Position numbers and translations under genes: made by a program. Under the pieces are notes generated by a model. That model was not told where the DNA came from. It made no database searches and saw only the letters and a list, made by a program, of their open reading frames with translations. From Methylomicrobium sp. (GTDB lineage: Bacteria > Pseudomonadota > Gammaproteobacteria > Methylococcales > Methylomonadaceae), in NCBI GenBank assembly GCA_018333785.1, contig JAGXSU010000108.1:15301-79300 (forward strand): 64,000 nt of DNA, written 5' to 3'. Shown here piece by piece: positions 9,984 to 20,590 of the stretch. Positions within the stretch are counted from its first letter, which is position 1. Each line of letters starts with the position of its first letter.

Positions 9984-10868
9984 TTATTCGATAGACAAAG
10001 CCCAAAGATGGGCCGCAATCAGAGCCCGGTAAGGTGAAAAAGGCATCAGCCAGTCTCGGGTTTGTTCTTCGCTTATTTTTTCAGAGTGGCCCAGCAATGC
10101 CTGTAAACCCCGGCGGACAGCCACGTCGCCATGCAGCGATCCGTCCAGCCATCCGAAACCACGCATCAAAGCGTAGCTGAGCGTCCAAGGCCCTATGCCG
10201 CGCAGGCTTAACAAGCGAGCGCTGATTTCGTCAACCGGGAGTGAGGTTTCTATCCATTCGTCTAAAGGCAGCCGGTTTTCCATAATCATCGCACTCAAAG
10301 TGAGTAGGGTCCTGGATTTGGTTTGCGAGTAGCCCGCTTCTCTTAATGCCATTTCATTTAACAGAGCAATCCGGGCTGCATCGGGATAACACAGCAGCCC
10401 GCCTGAATGTCTCACACTTGCCCGTTGAATCAACTTGCGCCGAATAGAGATCGCGGCAGCTACGCTGATTTGCTGGCCGGTAATAGCCCAAGTTAACGCT
10501 TCAAAAGGCGTTGCTGCCAACGGAACTCTTAATCCGGGGTTACGAAGGATCAGCGGACCCAGCTGCGGGTGATCGCGGTAAGTGTGCTCAAATGTATCAA
10601 TAGGCTGAGTCAGGCCCAACATACGCTTGACCATGGCCGATAGTTTATCCTGCCCGGATGACGGATTGGGGCCATCTACTAATAGTTCAGCCTCGGCGGT
10701 TTGATCTCTGAAATGAATCGTTAGGCATGCAGGCTGATGGTTCCAGATCAGTCCTTTTCGGATGAACCGGATTCCAACCTGTTCGGCTACTGATTGAAGA
10801 TCGCGCCGATGGAAGGCAAGGAAATCTTCCGTCCTGAAATCAGCTGGAAGTTCAATCGAATGGATCAA
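9984..10868 (-). CDS. DNA-3-methyladenine glycosylase 2 (AlkA-like, HhH-GPD family)
   Basis: HhH region LLSLRGIGPWTLSYALMRGFG followed by D (GPD-type). Confidence 0.75.
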   Translation of the reverse strand: MIHSIELPADFRTEDFLAFHRRDLQSVAEQVGIRFIRKGLIWNHQPACLTIHFRDQTAEAELLVDGPNPSSGQDKLSAMVKRMLGLTQPIDTFEHTYRDHPQLGPLILRNPGLRVPLAATPFEALTWAITGQQISVAAAISIRRKLIQRASVRHSGGLLCYPDAARIALLNEMALREAGYSQTKSRTLLTLSAMIMENRLPLDEWIETSLPVDEISARLLSLRGIGPWTLSYALMRGFGWLDGSLHGDVAVRRGLQALLGHSEKISEEQTRDWLMPFSPYRALIAAHLWALSIE

Positions 10869-10904
10869 AATAAGGGGCCTATATTAAGCGCACATGCAGG
10901 AAAA

Positions 10905-11040
10905 AATTTATTATTTCAATCAGGAAGCCTCGCATCCATGCAATTTGGACCCCGGCAATCCATGCCGGGGTGACGTTACGAACAAAATTCATCGGAAGCA
11001 ATAACGTTTAGATTTTAGCTGAAGCTTGTTAGTAATCAGA
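10905..11040. mobile_element. Rearranged/degenerate third copy of the MITE family
   Basis: A left-end-like tttattatttcaatcag. Then the right-half module catccatgcaatttggaccccggcaatccatgccggggtgacgtt, a ~40-nt unrelated insert, and the right-end-like gctgaagcttgttagtaatcag. Confidence 0.45.
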
Positions 11041-11091
11041 ATTTCTTTTGTACATGTATTTAAGGTTGATTAAAAATATCTGAAGCCTTGC

Positions 11092-11120
11092 TTGACTCGT
11101 TTTGATTTATCCTGTTTAAT
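11092..11120 (+). promoter_or_regulatory. Sigma-70 promoter for tRNA-Phe
   Basis: TTGACT, a 17-nt spacer, then TTTAAT, followed by the GC-rich discriminator acgcgctc. The tRNA starts ~20 nt downstream. Confidence 0.5.
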
Positions 11121-11139
11121 ACGCGCTCTTTCAAGGCGA

Positions 11140-11215
<76 letters not shown>

Positions 11216-11224
11216 CAAATTATA

Positions 11225-11259
11225 AAGGCTCATGAGTTTTTAACTCTTGGGCCTTTTTT
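11225..11259. terminator. Intrinsic terminator after tRNA-Phe (also faces the convergent cytochrome gene)
   Basis: aaggctcatgag-tttttaa-ctcttgggcctt pairs at 11 of 12 positions and is followed by ttttt. Confidence 0.7.
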
Positions 11260-11292
11260 GTTACCCCGAAATAATCCAGGTTTGGCGTAACA

Positions 11293-12555
11293 TCAGTTAG
11301 CCTTCCATTGGAAACTTTCCATGGTGCTCTTGCACAACCCCGTCTCTTCCCCCTTGATCCAGCCCTTTCCTTCGCTAAAGCCTTCTGGCAAATCGGCCAG
11401 GGTGGGTCCAAATTTCCGGGTTTTACAGCCTTGGGCGTGAGGATTCTCACAGCAACACTTCATCGCGGCCACATGCTTTTTAAATATTGCCGAATCCACA
11501 GGCATGGGAGGCATCCAGCTATTTCGAGAGCTGGTGGTCATCCAGGCACTCAAGGCCGTATTGGGGTGATTTGTCGCGGAATCGATCAGATAGCCGCAGG
11601 TGCCTGAGGTGGTCATGTTATGACACTGTGTGCAGAGCTGATTCATGCCATCTATTGGCTCGGTCGTGACTTGACGGATGTTATGGCTGTAAAAATAATT
11701 TTTAAACGGTTCGCCCACGGCTAAAAAAGGCAGTTTGGCCATCACCCGAATATCGGGCAAGCCGTTTTTCGAATTGATATAGGGGCTGTATTTGACACCA
11801 TGTGGATTGTGGCAGCCCACACATCCGGCAGATGCGGTAAATTCTGGGCTTTTGAATGCCTTATTGGCATCGCGGTACCAGAGTTCCTGGGGAAAATCCT
11901 CCGGCGGCCTTGCCTGTTCAGCAGTGAAGCTATTTAAAAATTGGTCTTTTGATGGCAGTGGCGTATCCAGCGGCGGCAAGAAGCCCAGCACTGCATCGCC
12001 GTATTGCGTGACATAGCAACTCTTGCCGGTAATGGTATTTCGCAGAATGATGCCGATATCGTTAAAGGTATTGTAAAGGTAATAAAGTTCTTTTTTTTCA
12101 GCCGACGGTGCGTTTTCAAAGTGTGTCTTTCTTTGCGCCTGATTCATGCCCAGATTTGTTTTGGTTTGGCGGAACCAGTTTTTTTCAAGCTGATTGCCTT
12201 TTTGTCGGCAGTTGAGAATCATGATATTTTTATCGTCCAGGTTCAAGACCTGGAGATGCGAATATGTCCAGCAGCCCTGATCGCCGCCGAGCCAATGCGG
12301 GTTATCACATTTTTTGCTGTTGGAAAGCAGCCCCCAGTTATCGGCTTTGATTTCCTGTTTATCGACATAGACTGGAACCAGTTTACCATCCAGACAGGAC
12401 AGTATGGGCAAGTCACGGGTGATGCCAAGCTCCGCCTTACATTCTTTGACATACTGATAAACATCATAACCTGATGCCACTTCATCAGTATCCGCTTTAA
12501 AAAATACCAATAATGAAAATAGTCCAATCAGAGTCAGCGCCAGTGCTGTTTTCAT
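11293..12555 (-). CDS. Secreted/membrane-anchored c-type cytochrome-like protein with two CxxCH motifs
   Basis: CVGCHNPHG and CTQCHNM haem-binding motifs, plus a Cys-rich tail KCCCENPHAQGC. I chose the start at MKTALALTLIGLF because AGGAGG lies 7 nt upstream. The ORF track extends it to 12579. Confidence 0.65.
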   Translation of the reverse strand: MKTALALTLIGLFSLLVFFKADTDEVASGYDVYQYVKECKAELGITRDLPILSCLDGKLVPVYVDKQEIKADNWGLLSNSKKCDNPHWLGGDQGCWTYSHLQVLNLDDKNIMILNCRQKGNQLEKNWFRQTKTNLGMNQAQRKTHFENAPSAEKKELYYLYNTFNDIGIILRNTITGKSCYVTQYGDAVLGFLPPLDTPLPSKDQFLNSFTAEQARPPEDFPQELWYRDANKAFKSPEFTASAGCVGCHNPHGVKYSPYINSKNGLPDIRVMAKLPFLAVGEPFKNYFYSHNIRQVTTEPIDGMNQLCTQCHNMTTSGTCGYLIDSATNHPNTALSAWMTTSSRNSWMPPMPVDSAIFKKHVAAMKCCCENPHAQGCKTRKFGPTLADLPEGFSEGKGWIKGEETGLCKSTMESFQWKAN

Positions 12556-12633
12556 GATACTACCTCCTGTTTCAATCAACTCACTGTGGAAAGAGGTTGT
12601 TTTTTAGTTCGCCGCGATAGACGACACTCATAT

Positions 12634-14739
12634 TTATTTCAATAACCTAAACATATTGGAAAAGTCGTCTGTCCAAATAATACTTTCAACCGGAGTCGTA
12701 CCCGTGCTTTTGGCTTGTTGTAATGCCGATACTTGCAGAAAAGGCTGGTTTTTGCTGAGTAATGCCCAGTCGGCACGATACCAGCCCCGATTTTCTGAGG
12801 GCTGAGATTGCACCAGCAAATAGTCATAACCGGCACGTTTGGCCATGCCGCTGACTAAGGGCCGCAAATCCAGATAATGATTGGTAATATGGATTGCCAA
12901 TACGCCATCGGGGCGCAAATGACTCAGATACAATTGCAGAGCCTGCTCGGTGAGCAAGTGCATGGGTATTGCATCGCCATTGAATGCATCAAGAATCAAT
13001 AAATCGAATGCTTGTGGGGGTTCACGCTCTAACGCCAAGCGCGCATCGGACACGACAACGTCATAGCGAGCAGCGGTATTTTTCAGGAAAGTGAAATAAG
13101 TTTTAGCATATTCGACCACTGCCGGGTCAATGTCGTAAATACGAAAATAGTCATCCGGCTTGCCATAGGTCAACACCGTCCCTGTGCCCAGCCCGACCAG
13201 ACCCACTCTCCGTCCTTGCTCTCTCGAAAAATGCGTCAGGGCCAGCCCGACTCCGGAATCATTGCCATAATAAGCAGTAGGCCATTGATTTTTTTCTTCT
13301 GACAAAAACTGGAAACCATGATCGATGGCACCGTGCCTCATTACCCGCTTGGCCAAGTCCGGATTTTCTAAAGACCGTTCTTCCACGCGCAAAACGCCGT
13401 AAAAATTACGGCTGACCTGGATTTTTCCGGAAGCCGCCTGAAAAGCCTGGTTGGCCAAGTTCACTCCCAACCAGATCAACATTGCGCCTGCCAACAACCA
13501 GAGTAGCGGCTTACGGCGCTTCTGGCCTGATAATTGACTGTCCACAGCGACGGCATAAAAGGTCAGCAAGCAGCATACAAACAGACTGATGTGAAACTCG
13601 TAATACATTGTAAACAGCAAGGGCGCCACTACGGCGGCGAAAGTCCCGCCTAATGCCCCACCTGCTGAAATCGCAAGGTAATAAGCCGTCAACTGACTCG
13701 GGTGAGGCCGCAGTCGATAAAGCTCGCCGTGACACGTCATACAGCAGAAAAACAAGCCTGCACTGTAAATACCGACTTGAGCTTCCAGCGTGAAGTCTCC
13801 TCCACCGTAAAGCACAGCGACCAACGCGATAGCCGCAATTACCAGAGCTGGAATGAAAATTCGTCGTTGATACCAATCATGCCGGGCGAAGCAAAAAATA
13901 TACGACATAATAAACAGGCTTAGCGGCGCCACCCATAGAAAGGGGACGCTCGCCACATCCTGACAAAGCTGATTGGTCGTTGCCAGCAGCAACGTCGAGG
14001 TGGCCGCAGGCAATGCCAGCCAAAAAAGCCACAACTGAGAGGGTGACAGTCGATCGGAGATGTGTGTTTCGTCATCAATCGCAACGGGTTTGGCAACAAT
14101 TTTCTCTGCCTTGGCCAGTCGACGAAAATCCAATGCGACTCCGCCGCATAACAACACATAAATGAAAAAGCCTGCGGACCAACCCAACGTCTGTTGTCCC
14201 AATTTAAAATAAGGTTCGAACAGAATCGGATAGCTCAATAATGCCAGCAAAGAACCAAAATTAGACAGCGCGTAAAGCGTATAGGGAGAACGATTGGGAT
14301 TGATTCGAACTATCCATGCCTGCAGCAAAGGACTGGTGGTTGAAAGGATGAAATAAGGCAAACCGATGCTGCTCATCAGTAGCAAAATGATATCCAGTGT
14401 CGGTTGATCGCTGTTTTCGGGTTTGAACGATTGCTCCGGGGTCACCGGCAAGGCTAACAGTGCAACCAATAATAGAGCGGCATGAATCAAACCCTGGTGT
14501 CGGCCGTGAAAACAGTCCAGGTTGAGATGTGCATAGGCATAACCAATCAACAAAAACACCTGAAAAAAAAGCATGCAGGTAATCCATACCGCTGGACTTC
14601 CGCCAAACCACGGCAGGATAAATTTGCCGATGACCGGTTCGAGCTGAAACAGCAAATAAGCGCCCCAGAAACTGGTAAACGCATACACTCCCCAACGAAG
14701 ACCCGCAGCAGATAATGAGCTACGCATAACTATCTCCAA
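12634..14739 (-). CDS. Fused polytopic membrane domain + spermidine synthase-like domain protein
   Basis: The first ~430 aa are a run of hydrophobic helices. The C-terminal domain has VGLVGLGTGT, ILDAFNGD and DGVLAIHITN motifs of the SpeE-like fold. Confidence 0.8.
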   Translation of the reverse strand: MEIVMRSSLSAAGLRWGVYAFTSFWGAYLLFQLEPVIGKFILPWFGGSPAVWITCMLFFQVFLLIGYAYAHLNLDCFHGRHQGLIHAALLLVALLALPVTPEQSFKPENSDQPTLDIILLLMSSIGLPYFILSTTSPLLQAWIVRINPNRSPYTLYALSNFGSLLALLSYPILFEPYFKLGQQTLGWSAGFFIYVLLCGGVALDFRRLAKAEKIVAKPVAIDDETHISDRLSPSQLWLFWLALPAATSTLLLATTNQLCQDVASVPFLWVAPLSLFIMSYIFCFARHDWYQRRIFIPALVIAAIALVAVLYGGGDFTLEAQVGIYSAGLFFCCMTCHGELYRLRPHPSQLTAYYLAISAGGALGGTFAAVVAPLLFTMYYEFHISLFVCCLLTFYAVAVDSQLSGQKRRKPLLWLLAGAMLIWLGVNLANQAFQAASGKIQVSRNFYGVLRVEERSLENPDLAKRVMRHGAIDHGFQFLSEEKNQWPTAYYGNDSGVGLALTHFSREQGRRVGLVGLGTGTVLTYGKPDDYFRIYDIDPAVVEYAKTYFTFLKNTAARYDVVVSDARLALEREPPQAFDLLILDAFNGDAIPMHLLTEQALQLYLSHLRPDGVLAIHITNHYLDLRPLVSGMAKRAGYDYLLVQSQPSENRGWYRADWALLSKNQPFLQVSALQQAKSTGTTPVESIIWTDDFSNMFRLLK

Positions 14740-14850
14740 AAAATCACATTGAGTTCAATACTGATCATGCGTCATAGCAGGGCGCCTAACGGCTCAATTT
14801 AACCAGATTTATAGGAAATTTTAAAGGCACTGTTCGCATTAAAAGTGGCT

Positions 14851-14879
14851 GTCATTCCGGCAATCCCTGCCGGAATGAC
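14851..14879. repeat. Solo copy of the MITE-internal hairpin module
   Basis: gtcattccggca-atccc-tgccggaatgac forms a perfect 12-bp stem. The same module occurs at 733-762, 10949-10971 and 57470-57500. Confidence 0.7.
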
Positions 14880-15027
14880 GACCTTCGGTCATGTGAAACC
14901 TGAAATCTTACAAAGTAGAGTTATCCCGAAAAATGAGTGTTTGTAGTGAACGTTGGATTGCCGTTCTTTGGAGGGTTCAAAAATGCTTGTTTGTCAAAGA
15001 ATTGTTATCCCTTCAACAGGTCAAAAA

Positions 15028-17274
15028 TTAAGAAATGGTCAACTGTTTATAAAGCAATTCCAGCTTTGTTGAGGGTAAGGGGATGGAGAATAAGAAGCCC
15101 TGGCCGACTTGGCAGCCATGCTTGTTGAGAAATTCCAGTTGGCCCTGATTTTCAATGCCTTCGGCAATGATCAGTAAATCCATGTTTTGGGCAATATCAA
15201 TGATCGATTTGATCAGCATTTTATCATCGGGATCGTTTGCCAGATCCTGTATAAACGATTGATCGATTTTTAGAATGTCCAGTGGGAATTTTTTTAAATA
15301 GGCCAGCGACGAGTAGCCTGTACCAAAATCATCCAGACTGAGCAGGACACCCAGTGATTTTAATCGGTGCATGACGCGGATGGCTTCGCCCATATTCTGC
15401 ATCATCATGGATTCGGTAATTTCCAGAATCAATGCTGAGCCTGGAATATGAGTGTCGTGCAGTATTTGCTGTATGTCATCGAACAGGCTAGCATTTAAAA
15501 ACTGCCGGGATGACAGATTTACGCTCATTTTAAGATCATGATTGCCTTGCTGATGCCAGGCCGATAACTGCCGGCAGGCGCGTTCAAGTACCCATAAACC
15601 CATTTTATCAATCAAACCTGTTTCCTCGGCTATTCTGAGGAATGCTTCCGGTAACAACAGGCCTTTGTTGGGATGATGCCAGCGTATCAAGGCTTCAAAG
15701 CCAAATAAACCTTCGTTGGACAGTTCGATAAACGGTTGATAAACCAGATCGAATTGCTGCTGAGGGAGCGCATTGATCAGATCGTGTTCAATCGAGCTGC
15801 GAATAAGCGCATTTTTTCGCATTTCCTCGGTGTAATGCTGATAATTGTTGCGACCTGCTTCTTTGGCGTAATACATGGCGGAATCTGCATTTTTAATCAG
15901 TTCAGCGGCTGACGTGCCATGTGTCGGGAAAAGAGAAATGCCGATACTGCCCGACGTGATGAATTGCGTATTGGCTACCGAATAGGGTTTTGCCAATTCA
16001 TGGGACAGTTTTTCTGCAATTTGTTGACTGGTTTCTACTGCAGTGCTCTGATCCTTGAAATGGGTTAGAAGAATGATGAATTCATCTCCACCAAAACGGC
16101 AGACCGTATCGGTTTCCCTGACACAAGCGGTGAGACGGTTCGCGACATCCTGTAATAAAATGTCGCCGGCCAAATGCCCGTAGGTATCATTGAGTAATTT
16201 AAATCGGTCCAGATCCAGAAAAAGAATGGCCAAATATTCTTTTAACCGGCTTGCGTTCATGATCGCTTGATTAAGGCGATCGCTGAATAACACGCGATTG
16301 GGCAGTTTGGTTAACAAGTCGTAATGCGCTAAAAGCTTTATTTGCTTTTCTTGCTGCTTGCGTTGCGTGATATCTGAAAAGATGGCAATAAAATGTTTTA
16401 TCTTGCCATACATGTCGGTTACAGACGTGATGCTCAGCCAAGTGATATAGGCGTCTCCATTTCGTTTAAGATTCCATATTTCGCCTTGCCAACGGCCGTT
16501 GTTCATCAATTGCGCCCACATCTCCTTGAAGAAATTCGCATCATGATGCCCGGAGCGGAATATTCGTGGGGATTTTCCAATCACCTCGCTGGCATCAAAT
16601 CCGGTAATGGATGTAAACGATCTGTTAATGTTCAGAATTCTGTTCTTTTCATCCGTGATCATGATGCCTTCATCGCTGTTTTCAAAGACTTTTGCGGCCA
16701 GAATCAGCTCGTCTTCCAGGCGTTTACGGTCTCCTATCTCATGGACTGTGACTAATAAATAATCAGAGTTCTTACCTTCCGGAAAGGGGGTTTCAGTGAT
16801 TAAGCGACCGCTCAATTCGATTTGTAATTGGGGTCCGCCGTATTTGAGTAATCTCAGTTCAATCCGTTTATTCTCGGGTTTGCGAAAAAACGCTCTGAAG
16901 CGTGAATTGAAAATATTTAAATCTTCGGGATGGATAAAGTTGGCAAAATAGTGACCTTCAAGTTGTCTGCTACTGAGATTCAGCATTTCCTGAATCGTCT
17001 GATTGGCTTTATGAACCCATCCGGTTTGGTCGAGTTTGAGATAGCCGACGGGGGCTAAATCAAATAATTGGCTGAAGCTGTTTTTTGAGGCGACCAATTG
17101 CTGGTAAGTCTCTTTAAGCGATTGGTTTTGCATTTCCAGTTCAATCTGATAAACGTTAAGCTCATGAAGCAGCGTTTTCAGATCGTCGACGTTGATCGTT
17201 TGTTGGCCTCCTGGAAATGCGGACAGAAATTCCTCTGCTTGCTTTCTTAAATCATTTTTTTCATATATCGCCAT
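15028..17274 (-). CDS. PAS/PAC-GGDEF-EAL c-di-GMP signalling protein
   Basis: GGDEF motif (RFGGDEFIIL) and EAL-domain motifs (EALIRW, DDFGTGYSSL, KIDQSF). Two N-terminal PAS regions follow a coiled coil. Confidence 0.9.
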   Translation of the reverse strand: MAIYEKNDLRKQAEEFLSAFPGGQQTINVDDLKTLLHELNVYQIELEMQNQSLKETYQQLVASKNSFSQLFDLAPVGYLKLDQTGWVHKANQTIQEMLNLSSRQLEGHYFANFIHPEDLNIFNSRFRAFFRKPENKRIELRLLKYGGPQLQIELSGRLITETPFPEGKNSDYLLVTVHEIGDRKRLEDELILAAKVFENSDEGIMITDEKNRILNINRSFTSITGFDASEVIGKSPRIFRSGHHDANFFKEMWAQLMNNGRWQGEIWNLKRNGDAYITWLSITSVTDMYGKIKHFIAIFSDITQRKQQEKQIKLLAHYDLLTKLPNRVLFSDRLNQAIMNASRLKEYLAILFLDLDRFKLLNDTYGHLAGDILLQDVANRLTACVRETDTVCRFGGDEFIILLTHFKDQSTAVETSQQIAEKLSHELAKPYSVANTQFITSGSIGISLFPTHGTSAAELIKNADSAMYYAKEAGRNNYQHYTEEMRKNALIRSSIEHDLINALPQQQFDLVYQPFIELSNEGLFGFEALIRWHHPNKGLLLPEAFLRIAEETGLIDKMGLWVLERACRQLSAWHQQGNHDLKMSVNLSSRQFLNASLFDDIQQILHDTHIPGSALILEITESMMMQNMGEAIRVMHRLKSLGVLLSLDDFGTGYSSLAYLKKFPLDILKIDQSFIQDLANDPDDKMLIKSIIDIAQNMDLLIIAEGIENQGQLEFLNKHGCQVGQGFLFSIPLPSTKLELLYKQLTIS

Positions 17275-17291
17275 GGCTTTGCCTGACTCAA

Positions 17292-20200
17292 TTAACCATC
17301 GATAGGTCTTTCCGTTGTGACGATCAGCATGGTTTCGCCATTTTGATAGCCCAGAACCGATGCGATCACGTTAACAGTGATGATTTCTTTGCTTTTGCTG
17401 AGCCGGTGGGCTTGAGTGACTTGATAAGGTGTTTTTCCTGTCTTGATTTTTTCAAATAAAAGCTGTCCGTCAGGCCTGTCTATTTCGGGTATTATGGCTT
17501 CGAATCTCATCGTGATCGCTTCCTGTTGTGTCCATCCGTACAATTTTTCAGCCCCTTTATTCCAGGCGATAATTTTCCCTTCAAAGTCTAGCAGAACAAT
17601 GGCTTCTGATACGTCCATCCGCAGCATGGAAAGCCGCTGCATGCAGTTTATGCAGCTTTTCTTTTCGATTTCGTGGAAGCTGCGTTGATCTCTTTCCGTA
17701 AGGGCCAATAATTCTCCGGTTTCCTTACTGGGATAAAGCAGGGAGGAGGATACTGAAACTTCAATGATTTCGCCCTGTTTGGTAATGCGTCTGCTTTCAA
17801 ATTGAGGGATAGACTCGCCTCTGCGCAGCATGGCGACTATCTGATGCATTGCCGGACGGTCGATTACGGGCACCAGGTCTTCAAAACGCATCTGCAGTGC
17901 TTCTTTTTCTGTCCACCCATACAACTTCTCAGCGCCCCTGTTCCAGGTAATGATATTGCCCGCCGAATCTTGTAAGGACATGGCGTCCAGCGAGTAGTTA
18001 ACAAAGCTGGCCAGCCTATGCATTTCCTCTCTGGCTTGTGTTTCAAGATCGTCTTGAGTCTGCTTCAACAAGTCAATATTGACGAAGGTTAAAATCACCC
18101 CTGCAAAAATGGTGTCCGATACGGCATAGGGAATGATACGCATAAAAAACCAATTGCCGTGCTGCGTTTGGATTTCCTGTTCGTGAATGGTCTTTTTTTC
18201 TATGACTCGGTAAATCTGTTCTTCAAGATGAATGTCTTTGATTGAATGTGTTAAATGAAAAAAGGGCCGTCCAATATCGTTGTCGACAATATGGAAAAGA
18301 CTTTGCAGTTTATGCGTGAAACGGCGGATATCCAGGTTTTCATCAAGAAATAAAATGCCGATATTGGTGCTGTTGAACAGATTATCCAGATCGTTGTTCA
18401 GAATGGTAAGTTCGGTTATTTTGCTCTGATGTTCGGCATTAACGGTATAAAGCTCTTCATTGACCGATTGCAGTTCTTCATTAGTACTTTGCAGTTCTTC
18501 ATTACTGGCCAGTAATTCCTCATTGGTAGCTTGCAGTTCTTCGTTGGAGGTTTCCAGTTCTTCAACGGTTGCCTGAAGGTTTTCTCGGGTCAGTTGTAAT
18601 TCATGTTCAAGATCATTGATACGTTGAGCTGCATCCTGATTGATGTCAAAGGTATCGGCAGAGGGAAGGTATTCGTAGGGGCTGTGATCTGCTTCCAGTA
18701 TTAATATCGCAATCAGTATTTCCTGGCCTTTTCTGCCGGGTAACAAACGAATCTGGATATTCATAGAGCGGGCCTGCTCTTTTTCCCTGATTTTGATGTT
18801 TGAAAGATTGATGTTTTCGTTGCTTTTTAGCGCTTTACGAATACCCGTGGCAATGGGTATCGACAGATCTTTATTGACCAGTTTGGTGACATCGGTAATC
18901 AATTTGCCGCTGGGATAGGTCAAATATTTTTGGGCATCGCCAAAAATATGGGTGATGTCCAGTGTTTCATTCACTATCATCGTGAAAGGCAAAAAGTCCT
19001 TGGACAGGGCGTTGACAAAGCGTTCCAGGATTTTGTCTTCGTTGAATCGGGTGGCATAGGGTCGATTGCTTTGAGTAGTAACCGGTCTGTAACCGTTTTG
19101 CAAGGTCGGGATGGGGTCGGTAGGGCTTAGACCGACTGAACGGTATTTGCCTTTGGAGCGGTACAATTTGGATTTGGGGCTGACCATGTCAAAGTAGTCA
19201 ACCATGTCGCCGATCGATTCGCTGGTACCCAGCATCAATAAGCCGTCTCTGACTAATGAAAAATTGAACAAGTCCAGAATTTTCTTTTGCAGGACCGGTT
19301 GCAGATAAATCAAAAGATTGCGGCAGCTTAACAGGTGAATATTGGTAAATGGCGGATCTTTGATCAGGTTATGCTGGGCGAATACCACCATTTCTCTGAT
19401 GGATTGGGATATCTGAAAATTATCTTCGCGCCGCAAAAAATACTTTACCAGCAGGTGGGGGGGGATGTCCGCCGCGATGCTCTCCGGATAAAACCCGCTA
19501 CTGGCTTTTTCTACGGCTCTGGCATCGACATCGGTGGCAAATACTTTGATTCTAAAAAAATGGCCGGAATGCTCCCTGTATTCAGCCAGCATAATTGCCA
19601 CCGAGTAAGCCTCTTCACCGGAGGAACAGCCCGCTATCCAGACCCGTAACTCGTTATGGGTAATGGTGTTGATGAGTTTGGGTAACCATTTACTCCTGAC
19701 TTCTTCAAAGACATTTTCGTCTCTGAAAAAATTGGTAACGCCAATCAATAATTCCTGAAACAACAGGGATATTTCCTGGGTATTTTCTTCGAGCAAGTCC
19801 CGGTATTCTTTCAGGTCCTTGCATTGATTTATCGTCACGCGCCGTTCTATGCGCCTGATAATTGTGTTCGGTTTGTAGAATGTAAAGTCGACTTTGTGCT
19901 TATCGCGCAGTAACGCAAAGATCCGGGTTAAATCGCTATCCTCGCTATGAATAGCTGCTTCCTGCACGGCGTAGGGATGTTTGACAAAAGCCAGCAGTTG
20001 CTTGGGCATGTCTTCCGGGGGCAGAATAAAATCAACCAGACCGGTAGCAATGGCATTTCTGGGCATGCCGTTGAATTTGGCGGTTTCTTCGTCCTGAACC
20101 ATCACCATGCCGCCATGTTCTTTTATGGCACGTATTCCTCTTGTGCCGTCACTGCCGGTGCCCGACAAGATGATGCCAACGGCATGCTGATTCATATCTT

Positions 20201-20567
20201 CCGCTAATGAACGCAGAAAGACATCGATAGGAAGATTGAGCTCTTTGGAGTGATCCTGATTGTTCAGCAGCAGATGGCCGTGAAACAAGGTCAGATTTTT
20301 TCGGGGTGGGATCAGGTAGATGTTGTTGGGCTCTACCTTCATGCCTTCCTCGATACGATTGACCGGCATCGCGGTATGCTTGGATAACAGCTCAGCCATC
20401 AAGCTTTTATAATCGGGAGAAAGATGCTGAACAACAATGAATGAAAGACCGGTGTCTGGAGGCATTTTTTTGAAGAAGCTTTCAATGGCTTCCAATCCTC
20501 CGGCCGATGCGCCGACGCCTACAATGTAAGCTTTTTTGGGTGTAAGAGCTGAAGCGTCTTCAATCAT
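17292..20567 (-). CDS. CheB-methylesterase/CheR-methyltransferase fusion protein with coiled coil and PAS domains
   Basis: N-terminal CheB-like [13 protein letters not shown], then a CheR SAM-MTase region ([14 protein letters not shown]). Next is the heptad repeat [35 protein letters not shown], followed by three PAS-like segments. Confidence 0.9.
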   Translation of the reverse strand: MIEDASALTPKKAYIVGVGASAGGLEAIESFFKKMPPDTGLSFIVVQHLSPDYKSLMAELLSKHTAMPVNRIEEGMKVEPNNIYLIPPRKNLTLFHGHLLLNNQDHSKELNLPIDVFLRSLAEDMNQHAVGIILSGTGSDGTRGIRAIKEHGGMVMVQDEETAKFNGMPRNAIATGLVDFILPPEDMPKQLLAFVKHPYAVQEAAIHSEDSDLTRIFALLRDKHKVDFTFYKPNTIIRRIERRVTINQCKDLKEYRDLLEENTQEISLLFQELLIGVTNFFRDENVFEEVRSKWLPKLINTITHNELRVWIAGCSSGEEAYSVAIMLAEYREHSGHFFRIKVFATDVDARAVEKASSGFYPESIAADIPPHLLVKYFLRREDNFQISQSIREMVVFAQHNLIKDPPFTNIHLLSCRNLLIYLQPVLQKKILDLFNFSLVRDGLLMLGTSESIGDMVDYFDMVSPKSKLYRSKGKYRSVGLSPTDPIPTLQNGYRPVTTQSNRPYATRFNEDKILERFVNALSKDFLPFTMIVNETLDITHIFGDAQKYLTYPSGKLITDVTKLVNKDLSIPIATGIRKALKSNENINLSNIKIREKEQARSMNIQIRLLPGRKGQEILIAILILEADHSPYEYLPSADTFDINQDAAQRINDLEHELQLTRENLQATVEELETSNEELQATNEELLASNEELQSTNEELQSVNEELYTVNAEHQSKITELTILNNDLDNLFNSTNIGILFLDENLDIRRFTHKLQSLFHIVDNDIGRPFFHLTHSIKDIHLEEQIYRVIEKKTIHEQEIQTQHGNWFFMRIIPYAVSDTIFAGVILTFVNIDLLKQTQDDLETQAREEMHRLASFVNYSLDAMSLQDSAGNIITWNRGAEKLYGWTEKEALQMRFEDLVPVIDRPAMHQIVAMLRRGESIPQFESRRITKQGEIIEVSVSSSLLYPSKETGELLALTERDQRSFHEIEKKSCINCMQRLSMLRMDVSEAIVLLDFEGKIIAWNKGAEKLYGWTQQEAITMRFEAIIPEIDRPDGQLLFEKIKTGKTPYQVTQAHRLSKSKEIITVNVIASVLGYQNGETMLIVTTERPIDG

Positions 20568-20590
20568 GGCGGTTTTCGATCAGGAAAGGG

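Noticed and set aside
18440-18620. Periodic ~21-nt repeats that could be mistaken for a tandem DNA repeat or mini-array
   Set aside because: They lie inside the CheB/CheR-PAS ORF and encode the (S/T)NEELQ heptad coiled coil. There is no spacer/repeat architecture, so this is not a CRISPR array.
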